64,000 nucleotides of DNA from Cryobacterium sp. (GTDB taxonomy: Bacteria; Actinomycetota; Actinomycetes; Actinomycetales; Microbacteriaceae): the NCBI GenBank assembly GCA_019639015.1, contig JAHBSS010000001.1, forward strand, positions 9,189-73,188. The letters run 5' to 3'. A program made the position numbers and the translations under genes. A model generated the notes under the pieces. That model was not told the origin of the DNA and did no database searches. It worked only from the letters and a program-made list of their open reading frames with translations. Below, one piece after another: positions 52,723 through 62,145 of the stretch; position 1 is the stretch's first letter, and each line of letters starts with the position of its first letter.

Positions 52723-53376
52723 ATGGCGCAGAATCAACCACTGCGCAACATTTGGATTCCACAACTGGTGCGAGCCGCTTTGCTACTTGCAACCGGGCTA
52801 GTCATTACATTCTTGGCAAACCACGAAACATGGATCGGACTGCTCGCGCTAGGGGTAATTGGTATAGGAAGCGGGCTCCTGGTGCTTTGGGAGTCAAAGT
52901 TGCTTGGCCGCCATTTGGGATCAGTATTGGCCGTCACTCAAGGACTTATTTCAATCGCGATCGGGATTATTGCGCTGACGCTTGCTGGTTCAGAGGTTAG
53001 GACTTTACTTTTCCTGATCGCGCTGTTCGCCGGGATTACGGGACTACTGGAACTGTTTCGAGGGCTTGTCTTTAGAGGGTTGCGAGTCGAATCGAAAGAT
53101 TGGCTGGGCGTAGGGGTCCTCACTTGTTTGCTCGCGATGGCCACAGTGTTTTTGCCTGCCGATTTTTCAAACCCGTGGAGCGTTGAGGAACACGGTGTAA
53201 TAGTTAGAGGCGTAGTTACAGCCCAAGTCGTATCAGTGGGATTCATTGGAGCTTGGGGGGTTCTAACCGGTGTTTACCTCGCGATCGCCGCGTTTTCGAA
53301 CCGATGGAGCAGTGAGCGAGCAAACACATCATCAAGTTCAAGAAAGGGTGCCACCATTGAACGAACCAAGTCTTAG
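52723..53376 (+). CDS. HdeD/DUF308-like membrane protein
   Basis: About six TM helices, 'ITGLLEL', 'GAWGVLTG'. Confidence 0.7.
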   Translation: MAQNQPLRNIWIPQLVRAALLLATGLVITFLANHETWIGLLALGVIGIGSGLLVLWESKLLGRHLGSVLAVTQGLISIAIGIIALTLAGSEVRTLLFLIALFAGITGLLELFRGLVFRGLRVESKDWLGVGVLTCLLAMATVFLPADFSNPWSVEEHGVIVRGVVTAQVVSVGFIGAWGVLTGVYLAIAAFSNRWSSERANTSSSSRKGATIERTKS

Positions 53377-53614
53377 AGAAAGATTACGACCGGCAGAACT
53401 AGTCGGGCTTTCTGCCACGATCGGAGTATTCACAGGTTTAGTCATCTTGTTGACTACCCGCGAATGGTTGTTTGCAGTAATTGGATTCGGCGTGGCATTT
53501 ATTGCCGGTGCAGTGACGATTGCGTTGTTGGCACTTTATGAGAAGCCGAATTCATCCGAACTGCAAGATTTAGCAGATCAAGATCGATCAGCCAAAGGCA
53601 AGTTTGATCACTAG
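53357..53614 (+). CDS. small two-TM hypothetical protein
   Basis: 'PSLRERLRPAELVG' + 2 TMs; TTG 53357 after AAGGGTG. Confidence 0.7.
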   Translation: MNEPSLRERLRPAELVGLSATIGVFTGLVILLTTREWLFAVIGFGVAFIAGAVTIALLALYEKPNSSELQDLADQDRSAKGKFDH

Positions 53615-53636
53615 AAAAACCAGCACGCCAAACGCG

Positions 53637-55022
53637 TTATTCGTCCATCAAATCAACAAGTTGCCCCGCGAAGCCCGTATATTCGGCTGGGGTCAGCGCA
53701 AGAAGTCGACTTTTTGCATCAGCTCCGATATCGAGATCGGTAACAAAGCTTCGTAAGTCCTGAGGTGTAATCCGCTTTCCTCGAGTCAGTTCCTTTAGTA
53801 ACGCGTATGGATCGCTGATTTCGCTTCTGCCGGCGGTTATCTCAGCTCGAATAACGGTCTGGATTGCTTCAGCCAGGACTTCCCAATTATCCTCCAGGTC
53901 TCGAGCGATCCGATCACCGTCAACTTGTAATTCCGCAAGTCCAGAAATCACGTTCTCGATGGCTAGGAGTGAGTGGCCAAAACCAACGCCGATATTTCGT
54001 TGAGCACTCGAATCGGTAAGGTCACGCTGCAAGCGGCTTGTGACAAGAGTGGCAGCGAGCGAATCGAGCACTGCGCAGGATAGCTCGAGGTTCGCTTCAG
54101 CATTTTCAAATCGGATCGGGTTCACCTTGTGGGGCATCGTTGATGACCCAGTCGCACCAGGTTGTGGCTGCTGACGGAAGTAACCGATCGAAATGTATGT
54201 CCAAATGTCGGTACAAAGGTTGTGCAAAATCCGATTGAAATGTGAAACCCGATTGTAAAGTTCCGCTTGCCAATCGTGCGACTCAATTTGAGTCGTAAGT
54301 GGATTCCAGTGCAAACCTAGGCCCTCAACGAATTCTTCTGACAGGCCGATCCAATCTTGAGAAGGTTCAGAGATTCGATGAGCCGCCAAGGTGCCGGTTG
54401 CACCATTGAATTTTCCGAGAAATTCGGTGTCCTTGATCTGGCTGATTACGCGTTGGATTCGATGCACAAACACCGCGAGCTCTTTCCCGAGCGTCGTTGG
54501 CGTTGCTGGTTGACCGTGAGTTCTTGAAAGCATCGAAAGGTCCCGGTTTGCGATTGCGAGAGCCTTAAGATTTTCCAGCAGAGCATTCACTCTCGGTAGC
54601 CACACCTGGGTAATGGCAGCTTTAATGTTCAAGCCATAGCTGAGATTGTTCACATCCTCACTTGTTGCAGCGAAATGAACTAACTCAGAAAGCCCTTTGA
54701 TTGCAAGCGTCTCAAGCTTTGCTCGAAGGTAATATTCGACTGCTTTTACGTCATGCTTTGTTGTTGATTCCAGTTCGGCAAGTTTTACTGCTTCTGCCTC
54801 ATCGAAGTCATCAACAAGTGCGCGAAGCGCCCTAATTTGGGTAGCCTCAAGTGCTTTGGTTCCAAACAGCGAGTGCGCAGAAAGGAAGACTAGCCATTCA
54901 ACTTCGACCTTAATTCTGGTTTTGTTCAAACCGAACTCGGAGAGGAGTTTTGCAAGTGGCACCACTTGCGCGCGGTATCGGCCATCCAATGGGCTAAGCG
55001 GGAGGAACATTTCGTCAGTCAA
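53637..55022 (-). CDS. purB: adenylosuccinate lyase
   Basis: SPLDGRY, HDVKAVEY, SRTHGQ, GSSTMPHKVNP. Confidence 0.96.
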   Translation of the reverse strand: MTDEMFLPLSPLDGRYRAQVVPLAKLLSEFGLNKTRIKVEVEWLVFLSAHSLFGTKALEATQIRALRALVDDFDEAEAVKLAELESTTKHDVKAVEYYLRAKLETLAIKGLSELVHFAATSEDVNNLSYGLNIKAAITQVWLPRVNALLENLKALAIANRDLSMLSRTHGQPATPTTLGKELAVFVHRIQRVISQIKDTEFLGKFNGATGTLAAHRISEPSQDWIGLSEEFVEGLGLHWNPLTTQIESHDWQAELYNRVSHFNRILHNLCTDIWTYISIGYFRQQPQPGATGSSTMPHKVNPIRFENAEANLELSCAVLDSLAATLVTSRLQRDLTDSSAQRNIGVGFGHSLLAIENVISGLAELQVDGDRIARDLEDNWEVLAEAIQTVIRAEITAGRSEISDPYALLKELTRGKRITPQDLRSFVTDLDIGADAKSRLLALTPAEYTGFAGQLVDLMDE

Positions 55023-55546
55023 GTCGGTCTCCTATTTATTCCCGGTTCAATTTGCCTAAAGAGTGACGTGCAGGCCCTCTGGATCATTTGCAGTACGGCT
55101 TCAAAAGTTGCCGCATCCGCGTAGTAGGGATCAGGTACTTCCACTTGCCCCGCCTGATCTTTGTCAAATTCCAGCAGTAACTGGACTTTGGTTTGATCGG
55201 CTTCGACCATTGTCCAAGACTTTAGTGTGCGTTCCTGGCTTCTATCGAACGCGACAATCAAATCCAATCGGTCAAACCAAGACGGTTCAAACTGTTTTGC
55301 CCGATGGGACTGACCGTTGTACCCATTTGCGGCTAGCGCAGTCAAAGTTCGGGGATCAGCTTGCTCCCCAACATGCCAATCCCCTGTTCCCGCCGAAGTT
55401 ACTTCAAATCGCTTCTCGAGCCCGGATTTCAGCACGAGGTCGCGAAAAATTACTTCAGCCATAGGGGATCGGCAAATATTTCCCGTGCATACGAAGCAAA
55501 TCCTAAACAACGCAATCTCGCGTCGTTGGCTGCGTTCGAAGTTCAC
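55019..55546 (-). CDS. low-molecular-weight protein-tyrosine phosphatase
   Basis: CTGNICRS P-loop and DPYY; start uncertain (GTG 55546 or 55582). Confidence 0.92.
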   Translation of the reverse strand: MNFERSQRREIALFRICFVCTGNICRSPMAEVIFRDLVLKSGLEKRFEVTSAGTGDWHVGEQADPRTLTALAANGYNGQSHRAKQFEPSWFDRLDLIVAFDRSQERTLKSWTMVEADQTKVQLLLEFDKDQAGQVEVPDPYYADAATFEAVLQMIQRACTSLFRQIEPGINRRPT

Positions 55547-55688
55547 GGTTCCATTCTTCCCCAGCAATGAATGTTCACCCAATGCGAACCCGTTCTAACG
55601 GATTTTCGTGTCCTTCCCAAAATTGCTTGATGGCCACTCGTCCACAGTTTTGCGCGCACAAGTCGATACTTGGCGGACATAACTCATC

Positions 55689-55994
55689 ATGAGATTCCCA
55701 CTCAATTCGAAGGAGCCAAGCTTGATTGAGCCAGATTTGAGCGCGAGCGCGTGCTTACAAATCCTTCTCGAAGACCAAGCACGTCGGCTTCGCCAAATTG
55801 CTCAGGACCTAAATTTCACCACCAGGCGTCGATTGCTCGACTTACCCCCAGAATATTGGCGAGGTCCGGCAAGAAATGCTTTCAATGAGTTAAGGCAACA
55901 ACTCACTGACAAAGTTTCTAGTGCGGTTTCGACTCTGGAAGAGGCTTCAACGCAGAGCCTGAAAGCCAAGCACACCCTGGAGGGTCATGTCTGA
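55689..55994 (+). CDS. WXG100-like small helical protein
   Basis: 101 aa, central WRG (residues 57-59) followed by 'PARNAF'; helical flanks. Confidence 0.65.
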   Translation: MRFPLNSKEPSLIEPDLSASACLQILLEDQARRLRQIAQDLNFTTRRRLLDLPPEYWRGPARNAFNELRQQLTDKVSSAVSTLEEASTQSLKAKHTLEGHV

Positions 55995-57393
55995 CGATTT
56001 GATAATCGGTGGACCCGAACCGGTTTCAGTTCTTGTTTCAAGCCTCGTTGAACAATCACTGCAGTTTGGGTTGCTTAGTAACGAGATTATCGATTTGACC
56101 GCCAGGCTCAAGTTCACAAATTCGGCGATTGGTCCGAGGATTCTAAAGACGGTTGATGCTCCGTTGAGTGCAATAACGGCGGAACAACTCATGTTTCAAG
56201 CTAGTAATCTGCTCGACTCAATTGAGCAAACTTGCCGAACCCTTGAGAGGGGAACAGCTAAGTGTGCCGAAACTTACGAGTCGGCTGAACAAAGCTTGAG
56301 GGCCAACTGGCAAACTCTGTGGTCTTGGTTTGCACATCAACTTGGAGCTGCATGGCCAATCTTGCTCTTGAGCGGCCTACCGCTCTTAGCGACTGTGGCC
56401 GCAGCGGCAATCGTGTATTCGGCATTGCCCGAATCAGCGCGTGCGAGAGTCGGTGAGAACTTCAAAACCTTCTTCAAACAGCACAATTCACTGTTTTCTG
56501 ACCCGAAATTTGTTGAAGCAGTTCGGTCGTCGGTCATGAGTAGTGATGACTATATGTCTGGGATTGCGGGGGTGCCCTTGATTTTGAATGGTGCACTCGC
56601 AGACGAAGGGATAGGGGTGATCGGGCCGGATGTGGCAATGGCTCTTCTCGCTGGAGCAGGGTTGGCAACCGGCGCCATTCATGAGACTGGAGTGAGCGTG
56701 AAGCCGGTGCAAACCGGAATCAAATCCACTCCGGTGAGCGGCATTGAAGGCCGTGTTAGTCGAATTCCAGACGGAGCAACCCAAGTGCGGATAGATCGTT
56801 ACGTGACCCCTGAGGGTCAAGAAAGTTTCGAGGTCTACATTGCCGGAACGGCGGAGCTTTCAACCTCAAACAGCAACGAACCTTGGGATATGACAAGCAA
56901 TCTCGTTGCGATGGGCGGTCAACAGTCAGCCTCGTACCGCGCCGTTGCAGCCGCAATGGCCCAGGCCGGCATCACCTCGGAATCGAAAGTAACTTTCACC
57001 GGGTACTCTCAGGGCGGGATTATCGCCGCCGATCTTGCGTCATCCGGAAAATACAACACCGTTGGCTTGCTGACAATCGCCGCTCCAGCCGGTCAAATCT
57101 CGGTACCACACGACGTCGCCTACTTGGCTGTGGAGCACACCAACGATTTGGTGCCAGCATTGGGCGGAGATTTCGCCCATTCCGAACCGCTAGTCGTTCG
57201 CAGGCAAATCTATGACACGGAACCGCCACATGGCGAGTTTGTCTTACCAGCACATCAACTTAGCGAGTACGAGAAAACGGCCGCTCTTGTTGACGATTCA
57301 ATGGACCCGCGAGTCGAAGAGATGATTCGAAGACTCGATCAACCTCAAATCGCACTCGTTGAAACTACGCTCTACAGCGCATCCAGGAACTAG
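55987..57393 (+). CDS. alpha/beta hydrolase (lipase-like) with helical N-terminus and TM
   Basis: IAGT, GYSQGG nucleophile elbow, DLVP, AH; YESAE at residues 97-101. Confidence 0.8.
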   Translation: MSDDLIIGGPEPVSVLVSSLVEQSLQFGLLSNEIIDLTARLKFTNSAIGPRILKTVDAPLSAITAEQLMFQASNLLDSIEQTCRTLERGTAKCAETYESAEQSLRANWQTLWSWFAHQLGAAWPILLLSGLPLLATVAAAAIVYSALPESARARVGENFKTFFKQHNSLFSDPKFVEAVRSSVMSSDDYMSGIAGVPLILNGALADEGIGVIGPDVAMALLAGAGLATGAIHETGVSVKPVQTGIKSTPVSGIEGRVSRIPDGATQVRIDRYVTPEGQESFEVYIAGTAELSTSNSNEPWDMTSNLVAMGGQQSASYRAVAAAMAQAGITSESKVTFTGYSQGGIIAADLASSGKYNTVGLLTIAAPAGQISVPHDVAYLAVEHTNDLVPALGGDFAHSEPLVVRRQIYDTEPPHGEFVLPAHQLSEYEKTAALVDDSMDPRVEEMIRRLDQPQIALVETTLYSASRN

Positions 57394-57399
57394 CAGTAT

Positions 57400-57801
57400 C
57401 TAGCGGCGACGTTTCACGAATGGCCGAAGCACGATTCCGATTAGCCAGCTAAGCAACGCAAGGACCAATGCGCCAATCACTCCCGCCCAAAGGAAGCCAT
57501 CAACGTGCAAGCCGAAGCCGAGCAATCCCGAGATCCAACTAACCAGTAACAAGAGCAAAGCATTTACGACTAGAGCTATTAGACCGAGAGTCAAAATGTA
57601 TATCGGGAACGCAACGATGCGGATGAAATTGCCAATTATCCCGTTCACGACACCGAAGATTAAGGCAACCAGCAAGTAAGTCAGAACCACCGCGAGAGTG
57701 TCGCCGGGGGGGAACGCTGTGACTTTAACGCCGGGAACAATAAGTGTTGTGAGCCAAAGCGCGATTGCGTTTATGACCAATCGCAGTAGTAGTCGTGCCA
57801 T
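57400..57801 (-). CDS. 4-TM phage holin family protein (YvlD/Phage_holin_4_2)
   Basis: 'ALIFGVVN...P..ILTLGL..LVVNA'. Confidence 0.85.
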   Translation of the reverse strand: MARLLLRLVINAIALWLTTLIVPGVKVTAFPPGDTLAVVLTYLLVALIFGVVNGIIGNFIRIVAFPIYILTLGLIALVVNALLLLLVSWISGLLGFGLHVDGFLWAGVIGALVLALLSWLIGIVLRPFVKRRR

Positions 57802-57894
57802 TCAACTAACTATGCACTCGAGTGGCACCGTACGCAATCAAGCCATGCGGAAACATACACAATGCGTCTTCGCGTCGGCAATAGGCTTTGACTT

Positions 57895-59001
57895 GTGACT
57901 GAGCAACCGAAAGAAACAAAAGTGAGGCTTCGAACTGAGATCCTTCAGACCGCACCTTACCGTCAAGGGAAACCCGCTCCAGCTAACTCATTCAAACTTT
58001 CGAGCAATGAGAACCCGTTTCCTCCTTTGCCGGAAGTGCTGGAAGCGATCGCCGCGATTTCGATAAATCGATATCCAGACGCCGCGGCAACGAAACTCAG
58101 TGAGCGCTTGGCGGAACGATTCGGGCTTTCTCGAGACGAAGTTCATGTTGGGTCTGGTTCGGTTTCGATTCTTGCCCAACTAATTCAAGCGGCAGCTCGA
58201 CCAGGTGAAGAAGTCCTCTATTCTTGGCGTTCATTTGAGGCATACCCAGGTTTGGTTACTGTTGCAGGGGCAACGAGTGTGCAAGTCCCGAACACCCCGG
58301 AGCACCGGCACGACCTAGAGGCCATGGCTAATGCGGTAACTGATAAAACGAGAGTTGCAATAGTCTGCACTCCGAATAACCCGACCGGGACGATAGTTAC
58401 AAAATCCGAATTCGAAGGATTCATGTCCGCGGTTCCAGACGACGTTTTGGTAATCCTCGATGAGGCATACGTCGAGTTTGTGACCGATTCAAATGCGGTT
58501 AATGGCAAGGAATTGCTTGGGAAGTATGAAAACCTTGTCATCCTTCGCACTTTCTCCAAGGCGTACGGTTTAGCCGGCTTGCGAGTTGGTTACGCGCTCG
58601 GTCCGAGCCGAATTCTGGATGCAGCAAGAGTGACCGCGATCCCACTCTCGGTGACAGAGGCAGCCCAACTCGGCGCGATGGCGGCCCTTGACCACGAATC
58701 GAAACTTCTAGAGCGGGTGAAAGTGCTAACTGAGCGACGTGACGCGACTGTTGCGCAAGTTCGAGCTTTGGGCCTTCCGGTACCGCAGTCACAGTCGAAC
58801 TTCTTTTGGCTACCAAGCGGCGAGGATAGTTCGCAAGTAAACGACCGACTGCTGGACCACGGAATTGTTGGACGCTTATTGGCCCCTGGCGGCATCCGAA
58901 TTTCAATAGGCGAAGCAGAGTCTGTTGAACCGTTGCTTGAGGCCTGCAAGCAGATTGCATCCGAGTTTCAATCCTTAACGAACTTGCCGATACCGAACTG
59001 A
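57895..59001 (+). CDS. hisC: histidinol-phosphate/aromatic aminotransferase (HisC/Pat family)
   Basis: LSSNENP, NRYPD, PNNPTG, DEAY, RTFSKAYGLAGLRVG; stand-alone, so may be Pat. Confidence 0.85.
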   Translation: MTEQPKETKVRLRTEILQTAPYRQGKPAPANSFKLSSNENPFPPLPEVLEAIAAISINRYPDAAATKLSERLAERFGLSRDEVHVGSGSVSILAQLIQAAARPGEEVLYSWRSFEAYPGLVTVAGATSVQVPNTPEHRHDLEAMANAVTDKTRVAIVCTPNNPTGTIVTKSEFEGFMSAVPDDVLVILDEAYVEFVTDSNAVNGKELLGKYENLVILRTFSKAYGLAGLRVGYALGPSRILDAARVTAIPLSVTEAAQLGAMAALDHESKLLERVKVLTERRDATVAQVRALGLPVPQSQSNFFWLPSGEDSSQVNDRLLDHGIVGRLLAPGGIRISIGEAESVEPLLEACKQIASEFQSLTNLPIPN

Positions 59002-59048
59002 GTGAACCCCTCGATTCCAGACCAGAAGGTCGATTCGAAGTGATCACT

Positions 59049-59069
59049 TATTGACAATGATTATCAATA
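59049..59069. promoter_or_regulatory. Zur (Fur-family) operator
   Basis: TATTGACAATGATTATCAATA, near-palindrome resembling the actinobacterial Zur box, directly before znuA. Confidence 0.85.
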
Positions 59070-59114
59070 GCGATTAGAGTTTCATGGCCGACTTTACTAA
59101 TGGATTGGAATGCC

Positions 59115-60029
59115 GTGAAGAAACTCAACTTCTGCATCCCAATTGCAGTGGTCGGCGTGCTACTTTCCATAACCGCTTGTGGCGGTTCCCGTGAAATAGA
59201 CATGACCGTCAACGTCGTTGCGGTCACAAATGTGTATGCAAGCATCGCGAAAGAAATCGCTGGTTCAAAAGCGAAAGTAACAAGCATCATCAACAGTTCC
59301 AGCCAAGACCCCCACGCTTTTGAGGCGAGCGCGAGAACTCGACTCGATCTGCTCAAGGCCGATTTGGTGATTGAGAACGGGGGTGGTTACGACGATTTCG
59401 TCGACAAATTACTTGGGAGTAGAACTGGCTCATCGGTGATCGTCTTGAACGTGGTGAATTTGAGCGAAAATTCAAACTCGCAGGATTCGCCGGACTTCAA
59501 CGAACACCTCTGGTTTGACCTAGCCGCAATTCGCACTCTCGCAAAGGCGCTTCAAACCGAACTATCAAGACTGGATCCAGCGAACGCCGAGGAGTTCGCC
59601 GTAAACACAAAAACATTTCTCGGGCAATTGGATGAAATGCAAACCCGAGTCGCTTCAATACAGGCTTCAAATCACGGCTTGTCGATACTAAGTACCGAAC
59701 CGGTAGCTGAGCGGCTAACCGAGGCGATGGGATTTCGCGAAGCGATGCCAAAAGAAGTCGGTCGACTAATGGAGGAGGGTTACGGTATCCCTCTTAGAGC
59801 GATTCGCAAACTCTATGCCGAACTTGACGAGCACCGTGTGGCGGCGTTAGTCATCAACGCTCAAATTGGTGGCGCGGGCGAACAGAGCCTGATCGATCGA
59901 GCCGAAAGGAATCAGATTCCAGTGATTGAAGTTGGCGAGCTTATACCGGATCAGTTCAGCGGTTATCTGGATTGGATGAGCAACACGATTGCCCAATTTG
60001 AACGACTAGTGCAGGAGCCGGGCAAGTGA
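59115..60029 (+). CDS. znuA: Zn/Mn ABC transporter substrate-binding lipoprotein
   Basis: ITAC lipobox, DPH.FE, NEHLW; start GTG 59115 (ATG 59100 alternative). Confidence 0.85.
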   Translation: MKKLNFCIPIAVVGVLLSITACGGSREIDMTVNVVAVTNVYASIAKEIAGSKAKVTSIINSSSQDPHAFEASARTRLDLLKADLVIENGGGYDDFVDKLLGSRTGSSVIVLNVVNLSENSNSQDSPDFNEHLWFDLAAIRTLAKALQTELSRLDPANAEEFAVNTKTFLGQLDEMQTRVASIQASNHGLSILSTEPVAERLTEAMGFREAMPKEVGRLMEEGYGIPLRAIRKLYAELDEHRVAALVINAQIGGAGEQSLIDRAERNQIPVIEVGELIPDQFSGYLDWMSNTIAQFERLVQEPGK

Positions 60030-60829
60030 CCGAGCCTGTCGCAGTCTTAAAAAATGTGAGCTTGAATGTTGGCGCTCGCAGGTTGTGGTCAGATTTGACG
60101 CTTGAAATTGCCCAGGGCGAGTTCTTAGCGGTTATCGGACCCAACGGGAGTGGGAAAACCAGCCTGCTCAAAGCGCTACTAGGTCAGCTTCCAATCCGCT
60201 CGGGAAATATTAGTGTGCTGGGCAAACGGCCGGGTCAAGCAAATCGAGAAATTGGTTACATTCCTCAACAACGTGTAGCGGAAACCGCTCTTGGGTTGCG
60301 TGGAAAAGATTTTGTCGCCTTCGGTTTGGATGGCACAAAGTGGGGTCCGCCAATTCGTAGTAAGACACAACAGCTGCAAGTGTTGGACGCGCTAGCCAGG
60401 GTTGATGCGAAAGGGCTGGCGGACGTGGCGCTTGGTGAAATGTCCGGAGGTCAGCAACAGAGACTTCGCGTCGCCCAAGCGCTCGTTGGAAACCCAAGAC
60501 TGCTTTTGTGTGATGAACCATATCTTTCGTTGGATTTCAAGCGTCAACAAGACATCACAAACGCAATCGAGAGGTACCGAAAACATTCTGGTTGCTCGGT
60601 TGTATTTGTGACGCACGATGTGAATCCGCTTCTTGGGATAGTCGATCGCGTGCTCTACTTCACTGGGGAGAGATTTGCGCTCGGAACTGCGAAAGAAGTC
60701 CTGCAATCCAAAACCTTGAGCGAAATCTTCGGGACAAAGATTGAGGTCATTCGGAACGCCGACCGTGTCACCGTGGTCGGAATTCCCGAATCTCAGCACG
60801 GTCATCATGAGTTAGCGGGGCGAGAATGA
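60026..60829 (+). CDS. znuC: metal ABC transporter ATPase
   Basis: GPNGSGKT, MSGGQQQR, LLLCDEP, VTHD; His-rich tail. Confidence 0.88.
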   Translation: MTEPVAVLKNVSLNVGARRLWSDLTLEIAQGEFLAVIGPNGSGKTSLLKALLGQLPIRSGNISVLGKRPGQANREIGYIPQQRVAETALGLRGKDFVAFGLDGTKWGPPIRSKTQQLQVLDALARVDAKGLADVALGEMSGGQQQRLRVAQALVGNPRLLLCDEPYLSLDFKRQQDITNAIERYRKHSGCSVVFVTHDVNPLLGIVDRVLYFTGERFALGTAKEVLQSKTLSEIFGTKIEVIRNADRVTVVGIPESQHGHHELAGRE

Positions 60830-61722
60830 ACGTTTTGCTCCCTACGGTTCTCGAACCCGTCCTAGTAGGTTCGGGTTTGTTCGACTTTTCCGATTACGGC
60901 GAGCTCTTGGTTCTGGTCGGCAACACGCTCGCCGCTGGTTTTGCGCTCGGGTTGCTCGGTGGACTAATCGGCATTTTTGTTATGACGAGAGACATGGCAT
61001 TTGCTGTGCACGGTATAAGTGAATTGTCGTTTGCGGGTGCGGCCGCTGCCTTACTTATTGGAACAAGTGTCATTACCGGTTCCATTGCCGGCTCCCTGAT
61101 TGCTGCGTTGGTTTTTGGTCTCATGGGCACGAGAGCCCGAGAGCGAAATTCGGTAGTTGCCGTGCTCATGCCGTTTGGGCTTGGACTTGGAATACTGTTT
61201 CTCGCCCTATATCAAGGGCGCTCCGCCAACAAGTTCGGTTTGCTTATCGGCCAAATCGTTTCCGTTGACGGACCCGAATTGGGATGGCTAATTCTGGTCT
61301 CAGCTGTGGCAATCTTCGGCTTGATCGCAATTTGGCGTCCACTGAGTTTTGCAACAGCAGACGAAGAAGTCGCACGAGCCAAGGGTGTACCAACTGGGGT
61401 GCTCTCGGTGATCTTTATGATCATCCTGGGAATGGCGACAGCGGTTTCGGTGCAAATCGTCGGAGCTCTGTTGGTTCTAGCCCTCTTGGTAACTCCAGCG
61501 GCTGCGGCTTTGCGACTAACCTCTTCGCCGATTCTTGCGCCGGCGCTGAGTGTGATTTTCGCAGTCGTCTCAGTGCTAGGCGGTATCTTGTTGGCTCTCG
61601 GAGGAAACTTGCCAGTGAGTCCATACGTGACCACGATTTCTTTCCTCATTTACTTGATTTGCAGGATCATCGCAATATCAAGAAAGCGACACCAAGCGGT
61701 TCTTGCAAAAACGGCGGAATAG
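60826..61722 (+). CDS. znuB: metal ABC transporter permease
   Basis: 'FAVHGISELSFAG', 'VGALLVLALLVTPAAAA'. Confidence 0.88.
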   Translation: MNVLLPTVLEPVLVGSGLFDFSDYGELLVLVGNTLAAGFALGLLGGLIGIFVMTRDMAFAVHGISELSFAGAAAALLIGTSVITGSIAGSLIAALVFGLMGTRARERNSVVAVLMPFGLGLGILFLALYQGRSANKFGLLIGQIVSVDGPELGWLILVSAVAIFGLIAIWRPLSFATADEEVARAKGVPTGVLSVIFMIILGMATAVSVQIVGALLVLALLVTPAAAALRLTSSPILAPALSVIFAVVSVLGGILLALGGNLPVSPYVTTISFLIYLICRIIAISRKRHQAVLAKTAE

Positions 61723-61732
61723 GATACGAATC

Positions 61733-62122
61733 ATGAAGCGCAACACTTGGCAAAGAAGCGCAGTGCGCACCGCCCTGGATGACCAAGAAGCGTTCGTGAG
61801 CGCCCAGCAGTTACATTTGCAGTTGCGAAAAGACGGGACGGGAATAGGGCTTGCAACTGTCTATCGCGCACTTGCGGATCTAGCGTCAATCGGTGAAGCC
61901 GACACTTTGCAGTCTGAGGAAGGTGAGGCCCTTTATCGGGCCTGTTCAACCGGTAAACACCACCATCACCTAATTTGCAGAGAGTGTGGTGCAACGGTCG
62001 AATTTGAGGCAAACGATATCGAGGAGTGGGCCAAGCGAGTCGCACGTGAACACGGTTTCAGCAATCCGGAGCATGTAGTTGACGTGTTCGGTGTTTGCGC
62101 TAAGTGTTCCAAATTGAAGTAG
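61733..62122 (+). CDS. zur: Fur-family regulator, Zur
   Basis: GLATVYR, HHHHLICRECG, CAKC; last gene of the Zn-uptake operon. Confidence 0.88.
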   Translation: MKRNTWQRSAVRTALDDQEAFVSAQQLHLQLRKDGTGIGLATVYRALADLASIGEADTLQSEEGEALYRACSTGKHHHHLICRECGATVEFEANDIEEWAKRVAREHGFSNPEHVVDVFGVCAKCSKLK

Positions 62123-62145
62123 AAGACCCCAACCAAATATCTCAG

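Noticed and set aside
55638-55646. Single DnaA-box-like TCGTCCACA upstream of the WXG100-like gene
   Set aside because: An isolated degenerate 9-mer; could easily be chance
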